From Candidatus Poribacteria bacterium (lineage in GTDB: Bacteria; Poribacteria; WGA-4E; GCA-2687025): a stretch of DNA of 64,000 nucleotides. Below are positions 47,656 through 56,279 of this stretch, piece after piece (position 1 is the stretch's first letter; every line of letters begins with the position of its first letter). The stretch spans positions 2,144,001-2,208,000 of the forward strand of contig OY762492.1 of NCBI GenBank assembly GCA_963665845.2. Direction: 5' to 3'. The position numbers were made by a program, and so were the translations under genes. The notes under the pieces were generated by a model. That model saw nothing but the letters and a program-made list of their open reading frames with translations. It did no database searches and was not told where the DNA came from.

Positions 47656-48008
47656 CTCAGCTGGTCGTTTTGCGCGATCATGGCGCGCATGCGGGCGCGC
47701 GGCTTGTCGGCGCCGTTCCAATACACAAGGATGTCTTCGCCGGCGGGTTCCAGGAGCTGCCGTTTGGCGAGCGTCTCCAGTTCGTCCAGCGAGGCGATGC
47801 GGCGCCGGGGCGCGTTCCGCCGTTCGCTGTCGATCCAGATGTAGCGCAGCCCGCCCTGCGCGTCGGGGCGTATTTCAAGGCGCATCCAGAGCCGCCCGTC
47901 GATCTCCCAGCGCATGTCAACCCGCCCCGCCGCCTCGTCTCCGAGCCATGCGCGGAAGCGGCTGTCCATTTCGATCAGTCCGTCTGTCGGGGGGCGCGTT
48001 GAGAGCAT
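47604..48008 (-). CDS. Hypothetical protein
   Basis: ORF fills the gap upstream of the RibD-like gene on the same strand; no recognisable motif; start uncertain. Confidence 0.45.
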   Translation of the reverse strand: MLSTRPPTDGLIEMDSRFRAWLGDEAAGRVDMRWEIDGRLWMRLEIRPDAQGGLRYIWIDSERRNAPRRRIASLDELETLAKRQLLEPAGEDILVYWNGADKPRARMRAMIAQNDQLRCVWNEPAPPPRPRGLF

Positions 48009-48149
48009 CGTTCGTTTCCGTGTTTGGGGCGCGTTGATATTCATGATAATGCAGTTTGGGCTGCGTGTCGAGTTTTCAACTTGCGGATTGGACGCATTCG
48101 GCGTATGATACGGATGTCAGGGCAGCGGATGATCGATACATTTCATACC

Positions 48150-50045
48150 ATGAAGGGCGCGCTTGTGCAAAAAGTTGCCGCAGGATGGAGCGTTTTACTG
48201 TTGATCGGCTGGGCGGCGTTTGCTGTCAGCCAGGAGAGCGGAGACGAGAGCGGAGACAAGAACGGCGAGGTTCCCGTCTACCGCTCGCATGCGATCGCGA
48301 TGCATGGATCGCCCAAATACCCCGCCGGCTTCGCCTACTTTGATTATGTGAGTCCGAGCGCGCCGGTCGGCGGCAGCATCACATTGAGCGCATACGGCGC
48401 TTACAACAGCTTCAACCCGTATATCTTGAAAGGCAGACCGCCCGCCGCGGGCATCGGGCGTCTGTTTGAATCGCTCACCGTCTCATCCAGCGACGAGCCG
48501 TTCACCGAATACGGACTGCTGGCGGAGACGATTGAATGGCCTGAAGACCGCTCCTGGGTCGCCTACACGCTCCGCCCCGAAGCGCGCTGGCATGACGGCA
48601 AGCCTGTCACGGTGGAGGATGTGATCTGGACGCTGGAGATCTTTAAAACAAAGGCGCATCCGTTCTACCGAACCTATTTTGGCGCGATCGCTTCAGCCGA
48701 AAAAACGGGCGACCGCAAGGTTCTCTTCAAGTTCCAAGGTCCGCCGAACCCCGAACTCCCGCTCATCGCAGGGCAGATGTCCATACTGCCGAAGCATTAC
48801 TGGGAGACGCGCGACTTTGAAGAGCCGCTGAAGGAGCCGCCCCTCGGAAGCGGACCGTATAAGATCAAGCAGTTCGACTTCGGCGCCTCCGTCACCTATG
48901 AGCGCGTGGACGATTACTGGGGATGGAACGTTCCCGCGCAGGTCGGGCAGCACAACTTCCAAGAGATACAGTATGTGTATTTTCGAGAAGAAAATGTGAT
49001 GCGGGAAAGCCTAAGAGCCGGCAACATCGACTTCTTTTTAGAAAACACCTCGAAAGAGTGGTCGACAGGGTACGACATCCCCGCCGTGAAAGAAGGCAGG
49101 CTTGTCAAGCGTTTCATTCCGAACGATCTGCCGCAGGGGATGCAGTCGTATGCGTTCAATACGCGCCGAGAGATCTTCGCAGACGCAAAGACGCGGGAAG
49201 CGCTCGCTTACGCCTTCGATTTTGAGTGGACGAACGCGAACCTGTTTTACGACGCCTACACCCGCTCGCGCAGCTATTTCTCCAACACGGAGCTGGCGAG
49301 CGATGGCTTGCCGACCGGCGAGGAGCTGAAGATCTTGGAGGGCATGAGGGACAAGATACCGCCGCGCGTCTTCACGGAGACCTACGCGCCGCCTGTTACG
49401 GACGGGTCGGGCAACCTGCGCGGCAATCTGCGGACGGCGCTGCGCCTGCTGCGCGAGGCGGGCTGGCAGATCGTGGACGGCGTCTTGACGCATCCAGAAA
49501 AAGGGCTGGAGATGGAGTTTGAAATCTTGCTGGTGAGCGAGGGGTTTGAGCGCATCTCCCTTCCGTTTGCGGCAAATCTGGAAAAGCTGGGCGTCAAGGC
49601 GACCGTGCGGACCGTCGACACGGCGCAGTACCAGAACCGCATGGACGAGTTCGACTACGACATGGCGGTCGGCTCTTGGGGGCAGTCGTTGTCGCCGGGG
49701 AATGAGCAGCGGTCGATGTGGCATTCGTCGCAGGCGGATGTGCCGGGGTCGCGCAATCTGGTCGGCATACGCAATCCGGCGGTGGATGAGCTGGTGGAGC
49801 TGGTCATCACGGCGCCGAATCGGGAGAGCCTGGTGGCGCGGACGCGCGCCCTAGACCGCGTTCTGTTATGGAACCATTATGTGATTCCGCAGTGGCATAT
49901 CACGGCGTTTCGAGTCCTGTATTGGGACAAGTTCGGCATGCCGGAGATGCGCCCAAAATACGCCCTCGGCTTCGATGCTTGGTGGATCGACGCGGCGCGG
50001 GAGACCGCCCTGAACGGCGGAAAAACGGCGCCGACAGAGCCATAA
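48150..50045 (+). CDS. Extracellular solute-binding protein family 5 (YejA-like)
   Basis: HAIAMHGSPKYP, YGLLAE, ARWHDGKPVT, PLGSGPY, QSLSPGNEQ, RALDRVLLW; start uncertain (48150 or 48165). Confidence 0.9.
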   Translation: MKGALVQKVAAGWSVLLLIGWAAFAVSQESGDESGDKNGEVPVYRSHAIAMHGSPKYPAGFAYFDYVSPSAPVGGSITLSAYGAYNSFNPYILKGRPPAAGIGRLFESLTVSSSDEPFTEYGLLAETIEWPEDRSWVAYTLRPEARWHDGKPVTVEDVIWTLEIFKTKAHPFYRTYFGAIASAEKTGDRKVLFKFQGPPNPELPLIAGQMSILPKHYWETRDFEEPLKEPPLGSGPYKIKQFDFGASVTYERVDDYWGWNVPAQVGQHNFQEIQYVYFREENVMRESLRAGNIDFFLENTSKEWSTGYDIPAVKEGRLVKRFIPNDLPQGMQSYAFNTRREIFADAKTREALAYAFDFEWTNANLFYDAYTRSRSYFSNTELASDGLPTGEELKILEGMRDKIPPRVFTETYAPPVTDGSGNLRGNLRTALRLLREAGWQIVDGVLTHPEKGLEMEFEILLVSEGFERISLPFAANLEKLGVKATVRTVDTAQYQNRMDEFDYDMAVGSWGQSLSPGNEQRSMWHSSQADVPGSRNLVGIRNPAVDELVELVITAPNRESLVARTRALDRVLLWNHYVIPQWHITAFRVLYWDKFGMPEMRPKYALGFDAWWIDAARETALNGGKTAPTEP

Positions 50046-50054
50046 GAAGCCGCC

Positions 50055-50942
50055 ATGGGAAACCTTTGGCAGCAGCTGAAAGACCTTAAGTTTCAGATAC
50101 CGCTGGGCGGCGATAACAGCGTCGGCGTGTTGAACCTGCTCGGCGCGGCGCTCATTCTGTTCCTGGCGTATCTGTTGTCGCGTCTGGCGCGTCGGGCGAT
50201 TCGGCGCGGGCTGGCGCGCGTGGAGGAACACCGCCGCTTTCTGATACAGCGCGCGGCGCACTGGGCGATACTGGCGCTGAGCGCGCTGGTCGCGTTCAAC
50301 ATTCTCGGTTTGAACCTGACGAGCCTGATGGTGGTACTCGGCGGGTTGAGCCTCGGCATCGGACTCGGTTTGCAGAACGCCGCGTCGAACCTGATCGGAG
50401 GCGTCATCTTGATTCTGGAGCGCCCGTTCAAGATCGGCGACCTGATCGAGGCGGAGCTGCCGAACGGGAGCGTCTTCGGGCGCGTTGCGCATATCGGGCT
50501 GCGGTCGACGGTGATTGCGGCGCTGGACGCCAAGGAGCTGATCATTCCAAACTCGAAGCTGCTGTCGGAGACGATTCACAACTTGACGCATGCGGATCGA
50601 TATTTTCGCGTTCAGATACTGGTCGGGGCGGCGTACGGCTCCGACGTTCAGCTGGTGAAACAGACGCTGCTGGAAGCGGCGGCTGAGAATCCAGACGTCG
50701 TTCAAGAGATGCCCGCGGATGTGGAAAACAATCAGATCGCGCCGCCGCTGGTGCGGTTCGCGGCGTTTGGGGAGTCGTCGCTTCAGTTTGAGCTGCTGGT
50801 CTGGATCGCCGATTCGTTCAAGCGTTTTGACATTGCGAGCGACCTGCATTTTTCGATACTGGAGCGGTTTCGGGAGCGGGGGATTGAGATACCGTTTCCG
50901 CAGCGGGTTGTGCATCTGCCTTCAACATACGAATCCGAATGA
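50055..50942 (+). CDS. Small-conductance mechanosensitive channel (MscS family)
   Basis: GIGLGLQNAASNLIGG, ERPFKIGD, IGLRST, IIPNS, GIEIPFPQR. Confidence 0.92.
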   Translation: MGNLWQQLKDLKFQIPLGGDNSVGVLNLLGAALILFLAYLLSRLARRAIRRGLARVEEHRRFLIQRAAHWAILALSALVAFNILGLNLTSLMVVLGGLSLGIGLGLQNAASNLIGGVILILERPFKIGDLIEAELPNGSVFGRVAHIGLRSTVIAALDAKELIIPNSKLLSETIHNLTHADRYFRVQILVGAAYGSDVQLVKQTLLEAAAENPDVVQEMPADVENNQIAPPLVRFAAFGESSLQFELLVWIADSFKRFDIASDLHFSILERFRERGIEIPFPQRVVHLPSTYESE

Positions 50943-50965
50943 CGTTTTAGCGGCGTTTCTATACT

Positions 50966-51670
50966 CTCCCCCTTGAAAAAGGGGCGGGGTTTGGCGCGCG
51001 GGTTGGAGCTGGTTTGAACTAGGATTTTCAGGATGGATAAGATGAAAGGATTTTGGGCAGTCTCTATAGGCGATGATTTCGATTTTTAGAGCGGCGTTTA
51101 GAATGCGGAGGCTGTCTGGAAGAACTCTGGATTCCCGTTTTCACGGGGGCAGGCTATGGGGGAGCGGGGGCTTTCTGAACTCCCCCCTTGAAAAGGGGGG
51201 CTGGGGGGGTTTCGCCGACGCGAACAGCGTCGGCGGCGCCCCTGGATTCCCGCGCGTTTTATCGCAGGGGCGGGAATGACGATCTGACAGGCGGAGCCTT
51301 AGACATTCGCTGACATCATGCAGAAAGTTGGGACATTTGAACCGACGATCTCTCTATTCATGGGAAAAAGGCGCCGCCAACCAGACCGTCATTCCCGCGT
51401 AAGCGGGAATCTAGAGTCTACCCCGAAACCGTTCGCGTTCACAACCAGAATTGTCCCGACTCTAAGGGTGAGGTCAGGGTTTTCAGCGCTGGTTGAGGTC
51501 TGTTTTGAACTAGGATTGAAGGATGATTAAGATTGCCAAGATGAGCGGGGCGCAGGAATTTTCTTGGCAATCTTTTCAATCTTGGCAATCCTAGTTCAGA
51601 CAACAACAGCGGTTAAGATTCCTGCGCGTTTCACCGCACGGGCGGGAATGACGGTTTGGTTGGCGGCGCG
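50966..51670. repeat. ~700-bp mosaic containing all module types, including a full MITE (51311-51476) and a TGAACTAGGAT element (51506-51598)
   Basis: Direct reading; modules match copies elsewhere in both orientations. Confidence 0.88.
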
Positions 51671-51696
51671 GACGCTTCAGGGTTAAAACATGGCGC

Positions 51697-51724
51697 TTGA
51701 CACGCCGCGCGTTGATGTTATATT
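51697..51724 (+). promoter_or_regulatory. Putative sigma70 promoter
   Basis: TTGACA-16 bp-TATATT with TG extended -10. Confidence 0.55.
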
Positions 51725-51757
51725 ACGTGCAGTAACAGGCAATAAACGGGAAGCTCT

Positions 51758-52630
51758 ATGGAGGAATCCTACCGACAGCATCTTGTGAACGGGGAGCGGG
51801 CGGGCGCGCGGTATGTGTTGAACGCGCCGCGCATCGTCCCGTTGGGCGCCGCCGGCGACCAGCTCGCCAAACGGGCGGGCAGCTCCTTGGAGTTCATCGA
51901 CCGGCGCGAATATCAGCCCGGCGACGATCTGCGCGCCATCGACTGGAGCGGATTCGCCCGAAGCGACAAGCTGATTGTGAAACTGTACCGGGACGAGGTC
52001 TCCCCCCACGCGGACATCATTCTAGACGGCTCCCGCTCCATGAACTTAGAAGGGACGCGCAAGGCGGAAGCGGCGCTCGGCTTGTCCGCGGCGTTTGCGG
52101 CGGCGGCTTTCAACGCCGGCTACTCCGCCTCGGCATGGGTCGCCGCGAACGGGTACCGCCCTGTTGAAAACGGCTCTTCCCGCCCGTCCATCTGGGACGG
52201 CATCGACTTCGACTATGACGGCAGCCCCGCCGATTCGTTTCGGCGCGCCGCCCCCAGATGGCGACCCTACGGCATTCGCATACTGATCAGCGACCTGCTC
52301 TGGCTCGGCGACCCGATGGAGACCTTGAGCCGCATCGCCGAGCGGGCGTCCGCGGTGGTCGTCGTTCAAACGCTGGCGGAGAGCGACATCGCCACGCCGG
52401 AGCGCGGCAATGTGCGCTTTGTCGACTCCGAAACGGGAGAGATGCAGGAAATTTTTCTAGACGCGGGCGCGTTGGCGCGCTACCGTAACGCCCTTGCGCG
52501 TCATCAGGAGCGGTGGCATACTGCTTGCCGTCAGGCGGGCGCTGTCATGACGACTGCAACCGCCGAAGAGACCGCTTCCGAATGGAAACTGGACGCTCTC
52601 GTCAAAGCGGAGGTTCTCCAAGTTGCATAA
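51758..52630 (+). CDS. DUF58 domain protein (MoxR-associated vWA-like)
   Basis: GSSLEFIDRREYQPGDDLRAIDW, LDGSRSM, ILISDLL, FVDSETGE. Confidence 0.9.
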   Translation: MEESYRQHLVNGERAGARYVLNAPRIVPLGAAGDQLAKRAGSSLEFIDRREYQPGDDLRAIDWSGFARSDKLIVKLYRDEVSPHADIILDGSRSMNLEGTRKAEAALGLSAAFAAAAFNAGYSASAWVAANGYRPVENGSSRPSIWDGIDFDYDGSPADSFRRAAPRWRPYGIRILISDLLWLGDPMETLSRIAERASAVVVVQTLAESDIATPERGNVRFVDSETGEMQEIFLDAGALARYRNALARHQERWHTACRQAGAVMTTATAEETASEWKLDALVKAEVLQVA

Positions 52631-52681
52631 CGCATTCAACCATTCAAGGCGCTTTTGAAGTCCATCAAGAAAGGACGCTAC

Positions 52682-55543
52682 ATGATACGACACATCGCCA
52701 CGATTTTTGTTGCCGCGTCGTTTACGGCGGCCGCCTGGGCAGGTCCCGCTATCGGCTCGTCGGGCATTTCGCCCGGCGCGGTCTCTTCCAGCGGGCTTCT
52801 GTTCAGCGTACTCGCCGGCGCCAACGGCGTAACGGTACTGAACGGTCTTCCGCTCTCCGCCTATATCATCGCGGCGGGTCATCTGCCGTGCGAACAACCG
52901 TCTGAAGGACACGCCGACGAAGCGGAAGAGGCGGAAGAGGCGCATGCCGAAGAAGAGGCGAAGTCAGGCTCTTCCGACATTGAACTGGAAAAGGTGTCGG
53001 TGACCGCCTCCCGCCGACCCGAAAAGGTGATTGAGGCGCCCGCTTCCATCGCTGTCATTGAGGGCAGTCAGCTGCGCGCGCAGGTTGCCGTCAACCCGGC
53101 GGAAAGGTTCCGCCATCTGCCCGCCGTCGATGTCGCATCCTCCGGCATCGTTCAAGCGAACGCCGTTGTGCGCGGTTTCAACAACGTCTTCTCAGGAACG
53201 CTTTTGACGCTTGTCGACAACCGTTACGCCCGCGTTCCGTCCCTGCGTCTGAACGCCTACTCCTTCATCCCTACGACGGACGATGACATTGAGCGGATTG
53301 AGGTGGTGCTGGGTCCAGGCTCCGCGCTTTACGGACCGAACAGCGCCAACGGCGTTCTGCATATGCTGACCCGCTCGCCGTTCGCCTCGCAAGGGACCGA
53401 CATTTCGGTCGGCGGAGGGGAACGCGGCATTCTCACAAGTTCGCTGCGCCACGCGGGAGTCGTCAACGAGCAGCTCGGCTACAAGCTGTCTGCGCAGTAC
53501 TACCAGGGCGACGACTGGGAACTCGACTTCGAAGAAGGCGAGGTTTCACAGCAGGTACTCAATGAGCAGATGGCGCGTCAGAAGCTGGTTGACGAAGGCA
53601 ACAGCCCGTACAAAGTGAGCAAATTGAGCGCCGACGCGCGAGTCGACTACCGCCTCAGCGACGAAGCGACTGCCATTCTCTCCGGCGGGTTCACCCAAGC
53701 AAGTCAGATTGAGCTGACCGGCGTCGGCGCTTCTGTCGCGGACGGCTGGACGTACAGCTATGTACAGGGCAGGCTCTCGGCGGGCGACCTGTTCGCGCAG
53801 GCGTTCATCAATATGAGCGACGCGGGCGACAGCTTCCTGTTGAGCGACGGAGAACCGGTCGTCGATAAATCGCAGGTGATGGTCGCGCAGATTCAGCATG
53901 GAACTTCCCTCGGCGAGCGCGAGCGGTTGACCTACGGGGTTGACGCGCTGTTGACCCGCCCCGACACGGAAGGCACCATCAACGGCATCAACGAAGAGGA
54001 CGACACGATCAACGAAATCGGCCTCTATCTGCAGTCGGAAACCGATTTGACCGAGCAGCTGAAGCTGGTCGCGGCGGCGCGCGTGGACGACCACAGCCGG
54101 CTGGCGGATCTGATCTTCTCGCCGCGCGCCGGGCTGGTCTTTAGTCCAACCGCCACCGACAATCTGCGCCTCACCTACAACAGGGCGTACAGCACCCCCA
54201 GCACGAACAACCTGTTTTTAGACATCCGCGTCGCGCCGGACGCCTTCGGCATCGGGGGGGCGTTTCAAGACGCGCTCGGCTTCGCGCCGGCGATTGACAT
54301 CCGCGGTTCCGGCGTTCCGGAATCGGGCTTCACTTTCACGCGCAGCGAAAATGGACGCCCGATGTTCAGGTCGCCGTTTGCGCCTCTTGCGCAGGGGGCA
54401 GGGTTGACGCCGGAATCGCACATACCGCTGGACGATCCTCTGTTCACCAATGTGATGTGGGGAGCCGGGCGGGCGGCGGTCATGGCGTCGGTCGTGCCGC
54501 TTTTCCAGAACGTCGTGAAACAGACGCTTTCCGCGCAGGGGCTGCCGGACGATATCGTGGACGCGCAGGTGGGCGTGTTGACGCAGGCGTTCGACTCCGT
54601 GATTCCGTCCCAGGTTGCCGGGGTGAAGAACAACCTGATGGCGCTGGACCCTGTGACGCAGGAGTTCAACCCTGTCGCCGATGTGTATGACGTCGACCCG
54701 CTGGAGCCGACCATCACCCAGACCGCCGAGCTGGGTTACAAGGGCGCGCTCTTCAATATGCTGGTGGTCGCCGCCGATTTCTACCATACCAACATCACGA
54801 ACTTTGTCGGTCCGATCACCGTTGAAACGCCGAATGTGTTTCTGGACGGCGAAACGCTGGCGGCGTCCGTCGGACAGCAGATCGGGGAAGCGTTGAGCGA
54901 TCCGGCGATGGCGCAGTTGAATCAGGCGCTGCTCGCGCTGGACGACCCGGCGACCGGCTTCGGCGGAAACGGCAACGGCTCCGCCGTCGACGAGCTGACG
55001 AACCTGTTTGTGCGGGGTACCGACAGCAACGGCCCCGCCTTCATTCCGTTCGGAACGGTGACGCCTAACGAAGCGTCCGACCCGGCCGCTGTCATGACAA
55101 CCTACCGCAACTACGGCGACATCTCGCTGATAGGGGCGGACCTGAACCTGAACCTTTTCCTGAACGAGAACTGGATCGTCGGCGGGACCTACTCGTTCGT
55201 CAGCGAAAACCTGTTTGAGCTGGAGGAAGACCCGCATGATGTGTCGCTGAACGCGCCGAAGCATAAGTTTGGGGCGCGCCTTCAGTATATGAACGCCGAT
55301 CTAGGCGACCTGGCGGCGGAGCTGCGCCTGCGTTATGTGGACGAGTTCCCTGTCAATTCGGGCGTCTATCAGGGCGTTGTGGAGCAGTACCAGACGCTCG
55401 ACTTGAGCGCGGGGTACAGCGTTCTAGACACGACGCGCCTGTCGGTGTCTGTTCAGAACATTCTGGACGACAAGCATATCGAGTTTGTCGGCGCGCCTGA
55501 ACTGGGGCGGCTGGCGATTGTTCGATTGGCGCAGTCGTTCTAA
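52682..55543 (+). CDS. TonB-dependent receptor
   Basis: Signal peptide; VSVTASRRPE, RGFN, IERIEVVLGPGSALYGPNSANGV plug; NILDDKHIEFVGAP; terminal Phe. Confidence 0.92.
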   Translation: MIRHIATIFVAASFTAAAWAGPAIGSSGISPGAVSSSGLLFSVLAGANGVTVLNGLPLSAYIIAAGHLPCEQPSEGHADEAEEAEEAHAEEEAKSGSSDIELEKVSVTASRRPEKVIEAPASIAVIEGSQLRAQVAVNPAERFRHLPAVDVASSGIVQANAVVRGFNNVFSGTLLTLVDNRYARVPSLRLNAYSFIPTTDDDIERIEVVLGPGSALYGPNSANGVLHMLTRSPFASQGTDISVGGGERGILTSSLRHAGVVNEQLGYKLSAQYYQGDDWELDFEEGEVSQQVLNEQMARQKLVDEGNSPYKVSKLSADARVDYRLSDEATAILSGGFTQASQIELTGVGASVADGWTYSYVQGRLSAGDLFAQAFINMSDAGDSFLLSDGEPVVDKSQVMVAQIQHGTSLGERERLTYGVDALLTRPDTEGTINGINEEDDTINEIGLYLQSETDLTEQLKLVAAARVDDHSRLADLIFSPRAGLVFSPTATDNLRLTYNRAYSTPSTNNLFLDIRVAPDAFGIGGAFQDALGFAPAIDIRGSGVPESGFTFTRSENGRPMFRSPFAPLAQGAGLTPESHIPLDDPLFTNVMWGAGRAAVMASVVPLFQNVVKQTLSAQGLPDDIVDAQVGVLTQAFDSVIPSQVAGVKNNLMALDPVTQEFNPVADVYDVDPLEPTITQTAELGYKGALFNMLVVAADFYHTNITNFVGPITVETPNVFLDGETLAASVGQQIGEALSDPAMAQLNQALLALDDPATGFGGNGNGSAVDELTNLFVRGTDSNGPAFIPFGTVTPNEASDPAAVMTTYRNYGDISLIGADLNLNLFLNENWIVGGTYSFVSENLFELEEDPHDVSLNAPKHKFGARLQYMNADLGDLAAELRLRYVDEFPVNSGVYQGVVEQYQTLDLSAGYSVLDTTRLSVSVQNILDDKHIEFVGAPELGRLAIVRLAQSF

Positions 55544-55558
55544 ATCAGCATGAGAACG

Positions 55559-55598
55559 GGCGCGGGCGGGCTTTTAAAAAAACCTGCCCGCGCCTTTC
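55559..55598 (+). terminator. Putative hairpin terminator
   Basis: GGCGCGGGCGGG..CCTGCCCGCGCC followed by TTT after the receptor stop. Confidence 0.5.
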
Positions 55599-55614
55599 CA
55601 GCGGAGAACGCAAC

Positions 55615-55860
55615 ATGCCGATGCGAAAAATACTTGAGATCGCGACGCAGATCATCGGCGTCTATCTGATGTTGACAGCCATACCCGGTCTGATCGGATC
55701 GCTCATCATCGGATGCATCGCGGCGGGCGAGATGGAGTCGTTGAACATGAGGGTATTTATGTCGGGCATTGCGGCGCCGTTCCTTCAATTATGCATAGGG
55801 CTTTGGGCGGCTTTTGCGGCGGAAGCGATTTCGCGCACTTTCCGCTCGGACGACGACTAA
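55615..55860 (+). CDS. Small two-TM membrane protein
   Basis: SD GGAG; two hydrophobic segments. Confidence 0.6.
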   Translation: MPMRKILEIATQIIGVYLMLTAIPGLIGSLIIGCIAAGEMESLNMRVFMSGIAAPFLQLCIGLWAAFAAEAISRTFRSDDD

Positions 55861-56191
55861 TTGGGAAAAACGCGCCGCTGAACGACCAAAGCATTTATTC
55901 ATGGGAAAAAGGCATCGCGAACCAAATCGTCATTCCCGCGTAAGCGGGAATCTAGAGGCGCCGTTGAAGACGTCCGCGTTTGCCAAGCGGCATGTCCCAA
56001 CTAAAGATGTAAGATCAGGAAAAGCTGACCTCATGCATAAAGTTGGGACATTTGAACTGACGATCGCTCTATTCATGGGAAAAAGGCTCCGCCAACCAAA
56101 TCGTCATTCCCGCGTAAGCGGGAATCTAGAGGCGACGCAGAAAACGCCCGCATTCGCCAGGCGGAATGCCCCAACTAGAGCGCGAAGGTCA
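55860..56191 (+). mobile_element. Two tandem MITE-like copies (55860-56017 with degenerate left end; 56026-56191 complete)
   Basis: TGACCTCATGCATAAAGTTGGGACA ... TGCCCCAACTAGAGCGCGAAGGTCA. Confidence 0.78.
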
Positions 56192-56279
56192 GAGACCAAA
56201 GCGGTTGACAAAGGCGCGCTCATGGTTGGACAATGTTATGTAAAGCTGTACGCCCGCTTTTTTAGGATGATTCATCTCC

